A stretch of DNA of 64,000 bases from Eubacteriales bacterium (GTDB lineage: Bacteria > Bacillota > Clostridia > Lachnospirales > Lachnospiraceae). The stretch is from contig JAWXVE010000001.1 in assembly GCA_044425575.1 (NCBI GenBank), forward strand, positions 13,268 through 77,267, in the 5' to 3' direction. The position numbers and the translations under genes were made by a program. Positions 55,161 to 64,000 of the stretch are shown here, in pieces. How positions within the stretch are numbered: position 1 is the stretch's first letter; every line of letters begins with the position of its first letter. The notes under the pieces were generated by a model that worked only from the letters and a program-made list of their open reading frames with translations, did not search any database and was not told the DNA's origin.

Positions 55161-57049
55161 TTACATCATTTATCTTATTATATTATGGACAGGATAGAGA
55201 GTGCGGTTGTGCAACAGCAGTGGTTCGTACACTTGTTGTATGGCAGTTCATCTTATTGTGCATGGTACAAGGGTTAAGCGCTATCACGCAATTACACTGG
55301 ACGGGATTGTTTGTCTGTTATGCAACCGTGGACCTTGCCCTACTTCTCTATCACAGGAAGCAAAAAGTGAAGTGTTGGAATCCACTTCGTAATGTGAAGG
55401 AGTGGATTGACCCATATGTAGTACTTTTGTTTCTAACATGGTTGATTGCCTTTGTGATTGCTGTGATACACATACCATATAATTGGGATTCCATGACGTA
55501 TCATCTCCCTAGAATTGCACATTGGGTACAGAATGAATCCGTTCAACATTTTGCCAGTAATGATGATCGATTAATTGCAAGCCCAGTATTAGCAGCCTAT
55601 ACGAATCTGTGTAGTTTCTTGTGGTTTGGTCAAGAAGTACGAGTACTCAACTTGTTACAATGTTTTGCCTACGGGGTAAATGCCTATTTAGTCTATGGAA
55701 TTGCGGTTATAATTGGTGCCAAGAAAAAGTATGCTTATGTAGCCACTTTGTTATTCTTAACCATGCCAATTGCATTCGCAGAAGCTACGACTACCCAAGT
55801 GGACCATTATTCTACTATGTGGTTGTTGTGTTTTGCGTATCTGCTGATTCCGTTTTGGCAAACTGAGCAGATTCGTATGAATAAAAAGACAATAAAAGAG
55901 ATTGTTTATTTAGCTTTGTGTGCATCATTTGCCTACTTGGCGAAACCATCCGTGGGATTTGCAATTGTTATTTTGCTCATTGGATTATTAGTGAGTTGTA
56001 TCCAGAGAAAAGATGATATTATCACCTTAATCAAATTAGCAGTAGTAGCGGGGGTGGCGATTCTTGTGCCTATTCTTCCAGAATGGATTCGTAATCTTGC
56101 AAGTTATGGAAGTATTTCAGTGGAACAAGTAGGGAGTAGGCAATTAGTAGGAACTATATTGCCTCATTATCTCTTTATCAATTGGCTCAAAAATATTACC
56201 TTTAATCTTGCCCCTATCTTTCCAGAGGCCATACAATATAAGATAGAAGATGGTCTAGAATCTTTGGCCAATGGAATCGGAGTTGACTTTAATCATGAAA
56301 GTATAGCGGAAGGCGGTATGAATTTCAGTTACCATACGTTCCGTACGTATAATTGTGATGTTGCAGTCAATGTTGTAGTTGCCATCCTTGCCTTAATCTG
56401 TTGTATCATCTTGTGTATTCGCTTCCAGAAACTAACGAAAATACAACGATACTACAGTATAACAGCAATGGTGTCCTTTGGAGTATTCTGTGTGGCACTT
56501 CGCTGGGAATCTTTTGTTACACGGTACATGCTATCGTATTTAGCCTTACTGTGTCCTATGATTGTCATTGTAATACAACAATGCATAGCATCTAGGAGAG
56601 AAGTAGTGCATAGAAGTATCATAGGTATATTAGTAGTTGTATCTGGACTCTTTTTCGCCGACCAAGTGGTGTATTCCTATGAAGACGGACCGACTTATGA
56701 AATCTCAGGCTATTTTACCATGGGACAACCTTATTTATTAGGAGAATACATTGAGTTAGAAGAATACGTATCTCAAATGGGTTATGAAACTTATGGAATT
56801 CTCATGAAAGATGGAATGTATGAATATCCCCTATGGAGAGCCATTGATAACCAAGAAAGTGAAATTCGTCACATTATGGTAGAAAGTACATTGTCTCAAT
56901 ATGAGGATGCATCGTATATACCAGATTGTATCATTATTACGAAGAAGGGGGTTATGGAGAGTACCATAACGTATAATGGAACTGAATATGTGAAAAATGA
57001 AGTAGTCTGTGAGCAATTTGTTACATTGTATGAACAAGTAATGAAATGA
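55157..57049 (+). CDS. large polytopic membrane protein (GT-C-like glycosyltransferase candidate)
   Basis: 630 aa. The WDSMTYHLPRIAHW loop after the first helices is typical of GT-C first-loop acidic/aromatic motifs. It overlaps the upstream gene by 4 nt. Confidence 0.5.
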   Translation: MITSFILLYYGQDRECGCATAVVRTLVVWQFILLCMVQGLSAITQLHWTGLFVCYATVDLALLLYHRKQKVKCWNPLRNVKEWIDPYVVLLFLTWLIAFVIAVIHIPYNWDSMTYHLPRIAHWVQNESVQHFASNDDRLIASPVLAAYTNLCSFLWFGQEVRVLNLLQCFAYGVNAYLVYGIAVIIGAKKKYAYVATLLFLTMPIAFAEATTTQVDHYSTMWLLCFAYLLIPFWQTEQIRMNKKTIKEIVYLALCASFAYLAKPSVGFAIVILLIGLLVSCIQRKDDIITLIKLAVVAGVAILVPILPEWIRNLASYGSISVEQVGSRQLVGTILPHYLFINWLKNITFNLAPIFPEAIQYKIEDGLESLANGIGVDFNHESIAEGGMNFSYHTFRTYNCDVAVNVVVAILALICCIILCIRFQKLTKIQRYYSITAMVSFGVFCVALRWESFVTRYMLSYLALLCPMIVIVIQQCIASRREVVHRSIIGILVVVSGLFFADQVVYSYEDGPTYEISGYFTMGQPYLLGEYIELEEYVSQMGYETYGILMKDGMYEYPLWRAIDNQESEIRHIMVESTLSQYEDASYIPDCIIITKKGVMESTITYNGTEYVKNEVVCEQFVTLYEQVMK

Positions 57050-57057
57050 GAATTAAG

Positions 57058-58257
57058 ATGAAGAAAAAGCTGGTACAAATTAACACGGTTTGCAATGGTA
57101 GTGTGGGACGCATTATGGGGCAAATTCAAAGAACTGCCATGGAACAAGGAATGGATACCTTGTCTATTTATGGTAGGCGAAATGGGTATGGAGACATGCC
57201 TTGTGTAAAATGTGGCAATGGAGTATCTTTTTGGCTCCATGTGGCGTTAACTACTGTAACGGATCGCAACGGATTTGGCTCATACTTTGTGACTAAGAAG
57301 ATGGTTAGAATACTTCGAAAAGAGCAACCAGATGTGATTCACCTCCATAATATACATGGGTATTACCTGCATATTGGAGTCTTATTTCGTTACTTGAAAG
57401 AGGAATATAAGGGGAAGGTCATATGGTCCTTGCATGATTGCTGGTCTTTTACAGGACATTGCCCATATTATATCCTTGCAAAATGTGACCGGTGGAAGGC
57501 AAGCTGCTATAAGTGCCCCAATCAAAGAAGTTATCCCATTAGCTTTGGGTTAGACCAATCTAAGAAGAATTATAGAGATAAGAAGGAACTTTTTACAGGA
57601 ATCACGGACCTTACGTTGTTAGTGCCGTCACAGTGGCTTATGGAACAAGTGGAAGAATCTTATTTAAAGGAATATCCATGCAAAGTGATTGCTCATGGAA
57701 TTGATGTATCTATATTTCATTCTGGGGACAAGGGATTTTCACATGATTCTTATGGTATTGCTCGTCCTAGTAAAATAATCTTAGGTGTTGCCAGTATCTG
57801 GGAAGAGCGTAAGGGGTTAAGAACCTTTGTAGAATTGGCACAATCCCTTCCCGAACAGTACCAGATTGTATTAGTAGGAGTATCAAGTATTCAGAAACAG
57901 CAGTTAAGTTCCCATGGTATTATTGGTATCTTAAGAACAGAACATATGGCAGAATTAGTGGAATTATATACAGCAGCCCATGTATTTGTAAATCCATCTA
58001 GGGAGGAAACATTTTCTCTTGTCACCTTAGAGGCTCTTGCGTGTGGAACGCCTGTTATTGTAACGAACGATAGCGCTACGAAGGAATTAGTGGGAGAATG
58101 CGGAATCATTGTACAGGGAAATGAAGTGACAGATTACTTGGCAGCCATTCATGATTTAGAGGAACAATATCCCAGTCAAGACACTATGAGTAAGCATGTA
58201 GAGTGTTATGAGTTAGAACAGCAAATGAACGAGGTAATGAAGTTATATGAAAGTTAG
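57058..58257 (+). CDS. GT4 glycosyltransferase
   Basis: KLVQINTVCNGSVGRIM at the N-terminus. NPSREETFSLVTLEALACGTPVIVTNDSATKEL. Confidence 0.65.
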   Translation: MKKKLVQINTVCNGSVGRIMGQIQRTAMEQGMDTLSIYGRRNGYGDMPCVKCGNGVSFWLHVALTTVTDRNGFGSYFVTKKMVRILRKEQPDVIHLHNIHGYYLHIGVLFRYLKEEYKGKVIWSLHDCWSFTGHCPYYILAKCDRWKASCYKCPNQRSYPISFGLDQSKKNYRDKKELFTGITDLTLLVPSQWLMEQVEESYLKEYPCKVIAHGIDVSIFHSGDKGFSHDSYGIARPSKIILGVASIWEERKGLRTFVELAQSLPEQYQIVLVGVSSIQKQQLSSHGIIGILRTEHMAELVELYTAAHVFVNPSREETFSLVTLEALACGTPVIVTNDSATKELVGECGIIVQGNEVTDYLAAIHDLEEQYPSQDTMSKHVECYELEQQMNEVMKLYES

Positions 58258-59935
58258 TACAAAATGGAATCATGTGATTCTACTATATGTGGCAGGAGTG
58301 ATTTTCTATGGCCTAGTAGCTACTAGGATTACCATTCCAGTACATTATGGAGCGGACGAGGAATTATATGTAGCCCTTGCTAAGAATTTTTTCTATGAAG
58401 GTGTTTTTATGAAGGGGTACGAAGCCCTTGATTATAGTTGTGTCCTTTATTCTATTCTGCTATCAGGAGTGTATTTCTTCTATGATGCAGATTCCATTGT
58501 ATTTCTTATGCGTTTACTGGGTGTCTTGTTACAAGTGTCCAGTGTATTTCCTGTTTATTATCTAGGGAGTCGAATACTGGGGAATCATAAGAAAGCTCTT
58601 GGGATATGTGCTTTATCGCTTATTATTCCAGAGATGATGAATAGCATGTATCTCATGCAGGAAGTCTTGTGTTACCCATTGTTGTTATGGGGACTTGTAT
58701 TGCTCTACCTAGATCAAATGGAAGAACGATACCACAGAGTGACACGGTATACCATATTAACTATTCTCTTTATGGTATTAACCTATTATACGAAGACATA
58801 TGCCATTGTATGTGTTGTATCCTATTGTTTCTACTGGTTCGTTGCTGCGATTCACCATAGAACAAAAGCAATCTGGGTGAAGTGTATCACTGTTGTGTTA
58901 GTGTCAGCAGCGTTTCTAATGGCTGGACGTATTCTTGTTGCAATGCCTAATGTGGGATTGGAAACGGCTAATCATTATTCCACTCAAATCCAGAATTTAT
59001 TTCCAATTACACTGGAAACCCTTTGGCAAATCGTATATGGACTATGCTTTTATGGAGCCTTCCTCCTATTGTGTACAGGGTTCTTTCCCGTTGTTATGCC
59101 ATTGCTTCATATGGAACAGTTCTCCTTGCATCATAGAAGATTTCTGAAACAACTGCTGCTAGTTACGGCATTTCTCTTGGTTGAGGTTGTGGTATGTATT
59201 CTGTGCACGGAAACGCAACCATTTGAATATCCTAACAAATTTATCTATCGTTATTTGTATGTGGTGGCAGTTCCGTATTGGATTCTATTTGCACATTTGC
59301 CATCCGGCCAAGGGAAAGAAAAGCCCATTGAGCTAGATTGGCGAAGTAACGTCCTTGCAATAGGAATGGTAGGTACTATGTTGATTTATTATGTGGGATT
59401 ACCAGAAGAGTATCCCATTGGAATTATGGATGGCTTTCTATTTCTCTTAATTGAGAATATGGATCGCTATATCTGGCATGGATTTCCTATATTCCTTACC
59501 TTAGGAATTGCAGTTGTATTAGGTGCAACTTATTTGTACGGTAGAAAACATGCTATTTCTTATAAGAAATCTTTCTTCAGAGGTGTTACCCTATATTGTA
59601 TTGTGTTTCTAGTGATTAACTGTATACAATTGCCTTATTATCACAATGTGGTAGCAGAGGGAGAGGTATTAGAGCCACAATTTGTAGTAATTGCGGAAGT
59701 GGTCAATGAGTATGATACCATTTATTATGTGTCGGATTCCTTAGATTATAAAGCGGCCTTTTATGCCTATATACAGAAGGACTATCAGTGGATATCTTCG
59801 GCACAGTTGGAAGTAAGATTGGCATCAAGTGAAGTCGAAGAGGTGATTTATATTGTAAATAAGGAAGCGTGGATTGCTGGAGATATAACAGGTAATCTTA
59901 TTAAGGAATTGCCAGACTACTATGTGATTCGCTGA
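58247..59935 (+). CDS. large polytopic membrane protein (ArnT/PMT-like GT-C candidate)
   Basis: 562 aa. HYGADEELYVALAKNFF directly after TM1 resembles the DE/YxxxA first-loop motif of GT-C enzymes. It has more than 10 TM segments and a soluble C-terminus. Confidence 0.5.
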   Translation: MKVSTKWNHVILLYVAGVIFYGLVATRITIPVHYGADEELYVALAKNFFYEGVFMKGYEALDYSCVLYSILLSGVYFFYDADSIVFLMRLLGVLLQVSSVFPVYYLGSRILGNHKKALGICALSLIIPEMMNSMYLMQEVLCYPLLLWGLVLLYLDQMEERYHRVTRYTILTILFMVLTYYTKTYAIVCVVSYCFYWFVAAIHHRTKAIWVKCITVVLVSAAFLMAGRILVAMPNVGLETANHYSTQIQNLFPITLETLWQIVYGLCFYGAFLLLCTGFFPVVMPLLHMEQFSLHHRRFLKQLLLVTAFLLVEVVVCILCTETQPFEYPNKFIYRYLYVVAVPYWILFAHLPSGQGKEKPIELDWRSNVLAIGMVGTMLIYYVGLPEEYPIGIMDGFLFLLIENMDRYIWHGFPIFLTLGIAVVLGATYLYGRKHAISYKKSFFRGVTLYCIVFLVINCIQLPYYHNVVAEGEVLEPQFVVIAEVVNEYDTIYYVSDSLDYKAAFYAYIQKDYQWISSAQLEVRLASSEVEEVIYIVNKEAWIAGDITGNLIKELPDYYVIR

Positions 59936-59968
59936 ACTGAAATTTAAAGTGCATAAATAGCAGCAATA

Positions 59969-59977
59969 TGTTAGAAT
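59969..59977 (+). promoter_or_regulatory. candidate extended -10 (TGtTAGAAT) upstream of 60011
   Basis: TGTTAGAAT at 59969-59977 in the 75-nt gap after 59935. The -35 is poor. Confidence 0.2.
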
Positions 59978-60010
59978 AGTAAAGATATAGAAGGGACACT
60001 CGTATGAACT

Positions 60011-61102
60011 ATGAAGAAAACAATTCTACTGGTAGATTATTATGGAACATGTAATGAGCAGGGAGAATTATTAGGACACTCCCGTAAAGTCTTACAAGAT
60101 TATACGAAATTAATTGAGGAGAAGGCTGAGATTAGTGTTATGGCATCTCCATGTATTCTGGAAGAGATTCTACCAGATGCTTATACAGAGTGTATTCCGC
60201 TACCTCACAATCTTGTGATTGCCCCTAACAATAGCTTAATGACTCGTATACGAGATAAATTCCGCTTATTGACTAATTTAAGACAAGTAGTGGCTGTTAG
60301 CGGTAACTATGACGTGATTTGGTTTTACCGCACTGACTTTTTTCTGTTTTTTTTCTTTGCAAGCCACTTATTATCACTGCCCAAGCAATTGCATAAAGTT
60401 GCCCTTATCTATCAAGTTACTTTTACACAAAGTCGCTTGAATCGATTCCTAGAGTGGATTTATAAGAAGGGAATGAAGCAATTTAATGTGATTATTACTA
60501 CAGTGGAGAGTAAGGAAAGCAAAGATCGTGCATCAAGATTCTACATGCCAGATTACTTCTACGAAGAGGAGCAATATGGGAAGTATGTGGCGGAAGAAAA
60601 AGTAGATCAGGTAGTCTGTCTTGGAACCATGAATCACTATAAGAAATTAGAAGAATTAGTTGAGGTGTTCAACCAGATTGAGTACCCACTTGAGATTATA
60701 GGACCATTTTTTGATTCAGAGCGGGCTATTCGTCTACAAGAGATGGCAAAGCCTCATATTCATATTGTCAATGAGAAGTTGTCAGAGGAAGCCTACTATA
60801 AGAAACTAGGGAAAGCAAAGTACACCATCTTGCCTTATGATGAACAGCAATATGAAGGAAGAACTTCAGGAATCTTATTAGAGAGTATGTTTGTAGATAC
60901 TATTCCAATTGCTCCTAAGTGTCTCTTTGAGACGACCAAGGTTAGTGGGATTGCATATGAGCATATGACAGAGTTAATCGAACAGTTGCCCCAGTGGGAA
61001 GATGCTTGGATTGAGCAGCGTATAAGTGAAAACCAAAAGAGACGATCTGAGCAGTATGATAAGAAGAGGGTTCAAGAGACTTTGAATGATGTGTTGTTTT
61101 AA
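60011..61102 (+). CDS. divergent GT-B-fold glycosyltransferase-like protein
   Basis: KTILLVDYYG N-terminus. C-terminal EGRTSGILLESMFVDTIPIAP resembles the GT4 E-x7-E helix. Contains T6 and T8 tracts at 60338-60354. Confidence 0.35.
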   Translation: MKKTILLVDYYGTCNEQGELLGHSRKVLQDYTKLIEEKAEISVMASPCILEEILPDAYTECIPLPHNLVIAPNNSLMTRIRDKFRLLTNLRQVVAVSGNYDVIWFYRTDFFLFFFFASHLLSLPKQLHKVALIYQVTFTQSRLNRFLEWIYKKGMKQFNVIITTVESKESKDRASRFYMPDYFYEEEQYGKYVAEEKVDQVVCLGTMNHYKKLEELVEVFNQIEYPLEIIGPFFDSERAIRLQEMAKPHIHIVNEKLSEEAYYKKLGKAKYTILPYDEQQYEGRTSGILLESMFVDTIPIAPKCLFETTKVSGIAYEHMTELIEQLPQWEDAWIEQRISENQKRRSEQYDKKRVQETLNDVLF

Positions 61103-61137
61103 TTTATATAGAAAACGAATCAATAAAGAGGTAAAGT

Positions 61138-61845
61138 ATGTGGAGTAGAAAGTTCAAAGAGCTTGGTTGGTGGATCTATAAGCTAATTTATTTACCAATT
61201 GCTAAGTTTATACTTGAGCGTAAGACCAATAGTATACTTAAGCAAGGTGTGTTTTATGATAGTAAATTAGTTCTGCTAGGCAAGAATTTTGTAGGACAAA
61301 GAACTTATCTATCGAATATGGAATTGGGGTACGCTACGTATGTATGCAGAGATTGCCATTTGGCAAATACCAAGATCGGTGCCTATACATCTATCGGGAA
61401 TCATGTCCGTACGGTAATGGGTCAGCATCCAACGAAAGGCTGTATATCAACCCACCCATCTACCTATGCTGTGCATACACCTATGGAACTTAGTTATGTA
61501 ACGAGCAATACATTTTGTGAACATCAATATGCTGATTCAGATGATAAATGGTCAATTACTATAGGAAATGACGTGTGGATTGGGGATGATGTTAAGATTA
61601 TAGAAGGTGTTTCCATTGGAGATGGTGCTGTTATTGGTTGCGGCTCAGTCGTAACGAGAGATGTGGAGCCTTATACAATTAACAAGGGAATTCCTTGCAA
61701 ATGTAGTGGAAAGCGCTTTACTGATACAGAAATCGAACAATTATTGGAACTAAAGTGGTGGAATAAAGGGGAAGAGTGGATAAGAAAACATATAAATGAG
61801 TTTCTAGAGGCCAATATACTCTTGAGAGAATGGGACAATCTATGA
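61138..61845 (+). CDS. hexapeptide-repeat (LbH) acetyltransferase, xenobiotic-acetyltransferase-like; probable sugar O-acetyltransferase
   Basis: [37 protein letters not shown] hexapeptide repeats. C-terminal [17 protein letters not shown] is typical of the XAT class. Confidence 0.7.
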   Translation: MWSRKFKELGWWIYKLIYLPIAKFILERKTNSILKQGVFYDSKLVLLGKNFVGQRTYLSNMELGYATYVCRDCHLANTKIGAYTSIGNHVRTVMGQHPTKGCISTHPSTYAVHTPMELSYVTSNTFCEHQYADSDDKWSITIGNDVWIGDDVKIIEGVSIGDGAVIGCGSVVTRDVEPYTINKGIPCKCSGKRFTDTEIEQLLELKWWNKGEEWIRKHINEFLEANILLREWDNL

Positions 61846-62768
61846 TAAAGTTATCAATTATTATACCACACTATAATTCACCAAACATGCTACAGAAGTT
61901 GCTGGAATCTATACCAGAGCGACTTGACTTAGAAGTAATTGTTGTGGATGATAATAGTAACCAAGAGGTGGAACTATTACAGCAACTTCAAGAAAATGGG
62001 AAGCATAGTCGTGTTCAATTCTATGTAAATCATACAGGAAAGAAAGGTGCAGGCGTTGCACGTAATGTTGGACTATCCCATGCAGTGGGTGAGTGGCTTC
62101 TGTTTGCCGATGCAGATGATTGCTTTGTAGAAGGATTTTATGAAATTGTGCAAAAGCACATGGATGATGGTGTAGAACTTGTTTTTTTCCCACCAACAAG
62201 TCGCGATTTGGACAGGGGACAGTTATCCAATCGTCATTTGTTTTTTGAACAATTAGTCATGAATTATGTAAGGGATGCAACTATAGAAGCGGAATTAAAG
62301 TTAAGATACTCATACCATTCCCCTTGGTCCAAAATGGTCAGACGTTCCTTAATTGTGGAATATGCAATAGAATTTGATGATTCTTTTGTAGCCAATGATA
62401 TTATGTATTCTGTGAAAATTGGATACTATAGTAAGGGGTTTGCAGTATCAGATAAAATCATCTATTGTATTCATACGCATGGGGAAGGGCTGACTCGTAA
62501 TCTTACAGAGGAAAAGTTCGATATACGTTTACAGGTTGAAATGAATAAATATGAATTTTTACGACAGCGATTAAGGACAGAAGAGCTGAAGCTACTCGAT
62601 ATTAATATTTTACAATATCTTACAATGCTCCGAGAACATAGATTAGGAAAACCAAGTAAATATATTACGACTTTTAGCAATCTAAAGAGAAGAGGCATCC
62701 CACTGGTAGAGAAGAACTTGCGAAGTCCAGGCTATATTATGGAGAAAGTGGCGGCTAGGTTTCAGTAA
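61842..62768 (+). CDS. GT2 glycosyltransferase
   Basis: [14 protein letters not shown]...VIVVDDNS...GAGVARNVG...FADADD. ATG 61842 overlaps the upstream TGA (ATGA). Confidence 0.7.
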   Translation: MIKLSIIIPHYNSPNMLQKLLESIPERLDLEVIVVDDNSNQEVELLQQLQENGKHSRVQFYVNHTGKKGAGVARNVGLSHAVGEWLLFADADDCFVEGFYEIVQKHMDDGVELVFFPPTSRDLDRGQLSNRHLFFEQLVMNYVRDATIEAELKLRYSYHSPWSKMVRRSLIVEYAIEFDDSFVANDIMYSVKIGYYSKGFAVSDKIIYCIHTHGEGLTRNLTEEKFDIRLQVEMNKYEFLRQRLRTEELKLLDINILQYLTMLREHRLGKPSKYITTFSNLKRRGIPLVEKNLRSPGYIMEKVAARFQ

Positions 62769-62824
62769 ATTATGATTCGTATATTCTATGGAATATGAAG
62801 AGCGGGTATGAGAGGAAGAGAATA

Positions 62825-63673
62825 ATGGACGGCTATACTTTGTCAGTGATTATCCCAAATTATAATAAAGAAAAATACTTGGCGCAGTGCTTAGATTCCA
62901 TTCTTACTCAAACACGGATGCCAGATGAAATTATTATTGTAGATGATTGCTCAAGGGATCAATCGAGAGAGATTATACGGAAGTATCAAGAACGTTGTGA
63001 TAAAATCCTTCCAATGATGCTAGACGAAAATGTAGGCGTATCGCAAGCTAGAAATCTGGGAATCGACAAAGCTTCTAGTATATATATTACGTGTTTAGAC
63101 AGTGATGATTTTTACTATTCTAATCACAAATTAGAAAATGAGATGAATTTAATTTATCAGTATGGGAAGAGACAGCAAGAGATACTGGCATACTCATCCT
63201 TGGTTAATGTTAATGAGCAAGGAGAAGTAATCTATTATACAAGTAGGTTTGCCCCTTTATTAGCATTGGGAAATGCCAGATGGTACTTCAATGGAATTGT
63301 ACAAGTGGGGTATTGTCCTAGGGACTATTGTATGAAGAAATCTATTGTGCAAAGTGTAGGTGGTTATGAAGTTGGACAAAGCTTCTATGAAGATTTCGAT
63401 TTGTTAGTTCGATTATCGGATAAAGTGTTATTCTATCAAACGAAACATCATGGCACGGCATACCGAAATGGAAATGGTGGATTATCTCAACAGTCTAAAG
63501 AAATGCATAAGAGTACGGTGAAGCAGATTCAAAGAAAATATTATGGAAGATTGACTACAAGTGAAAAGATAAAAGCGAATCTTTATAAATTGCTATCGAG
63601 TACGAAAATACTCAATGTCATATCAAAGCCATATAATGTGATAGATGCACTTAGGAATGGAAATAAAGGATAA
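62825..63673 (+). CDS. GT2 glycosyltransferase
   Basis: LSVIIPNYNKEKYL...IIIVDDCSRDQS...GVSQARNLG...LDSDD. RBS GAGAGGAAGAG lies upstream of ATG 62825. Confidence 0.7.
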   Translation: MDGYTLSVIIPNYNKEKYLAQCLDSILTQTRMPDEIIIVDDCSRDQSREIIRKYQERCDKILPMMLDENVGVSQARNLGIDKASSIYITCLDSDDFYYSNHKLENEMNLIYQYGKRQQEILAYSSLVNVNEQGEVIYYTSRFAPLLALGNARWYFNGIVQVGYCPRDYCMKKSIVQSVGGYEVGQSFYEDFDLLVRLSDKVLFYQTKHHGTAYRNGNGGLSQQSKEMHKSTVKQIQRKYYGRLTTSEKIKANLYKLLSSTKILNVISKPYNVIDALRNGNKG

Positions 63674-63679
63674 TAAAAC

Positions 63680-64000
63680 ATGAAAAAGTTATTACAAACC
63701 TTACAAAAGGTAATCTATATCTTAGACCGCAAACAAAAAGCAGTAGCCATATTAGTGCTAGTATTATCTGTTTTGGGGTCGGTTCTAGAAATGTTAGGAG
63801 TTTCTTCAATTGTACCACTAGTTACGGTGATCTTAGACCCAGATGCAGTGCAAAATAATGCAATTGTGCAAAGTATCGTATTCTTACAAGAACGAACTTA
63901 CCAAGAGCTTGTATTAGTCATCGGTGGGGGCGTAGTCTTACTCTATATGATTAAGAATATCTATTTTATCGTGTTATCTTATGTGCGGGTAAAATTCACT
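63680..64000 (+). CDS. fused ABC exporter (MsbA/PglK-like), copy 3, N-terminal fragment running off the window
   Basis: Not in the ORF track. ATG 63680 opens a frame through 64000: MKKLLQTLQKVIYILDRKQKAVAILVLVLSVLGSVLEMLGVSSIVPLV...IKNIYFIVLSYVRVKF. It is collinear with the N-termini of the ABC proteins at 30684 and 43220. Confidence 0.65.
   Translation, partial: MKKLLQTLQKVIYILDRKQKAVAILVLVLSVLGSVLEMLGVSSIVPLVTVILDPDAVQNNAIVQSIVFLQERTYQELVLVIGGGVVLLYMIKNIYFIVLSYVRVKFT

Noticed and set aside
1-64000. Searched by eye for CRISPR arrays, tRNA/rRNA genes, transposases, integrases, phage genes and classic defence systems
   Set aside because: None were found. There are no regularly spaced repeats, no cloverleaf-like GC-rich segments, and no DDE or tyrosine/serine recombinase motifs in any ORF. 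The only defence-like genes are the MNT/HEPN pair.

Overview
AT-rich (by eye), Firmicutes/Clostridia-like DNA. The whole 64 kb is one densely packed cell-surface glycan biosynthesis super-locus. About 55 genes lie almost entirely on the + strand, often with overlapping stop/start codons. One strand-switched island spans 41003-47941. I found no rRNA, tRNA, CRISPR, transposase or integrase.

Recognisable modules:
- pseF-pseC-pseB (pseudaminic-acid branch).
- A WecE-type dTDP-4-amino sugar transaminase.
- A PglF/PglE/PglC-like 4-amino-trideoxyhexose initiation set with no adjacent N-acetyltransferase.
- A UDP-GlcNAc 6-dehydrogenase plus 4-epimerase (UDP-GalNAcA branch).
- Two asparagine-synthase-like amidotransferases, one of them frameshifted.
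- An FdtA/FdtB/N-formyltransferase set (3-formamido-3,6-dideoxyhexose).
- A complete kdsB-kdsA-kdsD-kdsC CMP-Kdo cassette on the minus strand.
- A putative sulfotransferase and a radical SAM/SPASM-like enzyme.
- About 18 glycosyltransferases (GT2, GT4, divergent GT-B).
- Two phosphoglycosyl transferases.
- Three paralogous MsbA/PglK-like ABC exporters.
- Eight large polytopic membrane proteins (GT-C-like, Wzy-like, O-antigen-ligase-like), with GtrA, GtrB-like and DUF2304-like partners.
- An MNT/HEPN toxin-antitoxin pair embedded in the operon.

The most unusual noncoding signal is a roughly 100-nt leader containing a perfect palindrome. It occurs twice in direct orientation 36 kb apart (496-600 and 36772-36880), each time right after a stop codon and a fixed distance before the next start codon.

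All functional calls come from reading motifs in the supplied translations. No database search was run.
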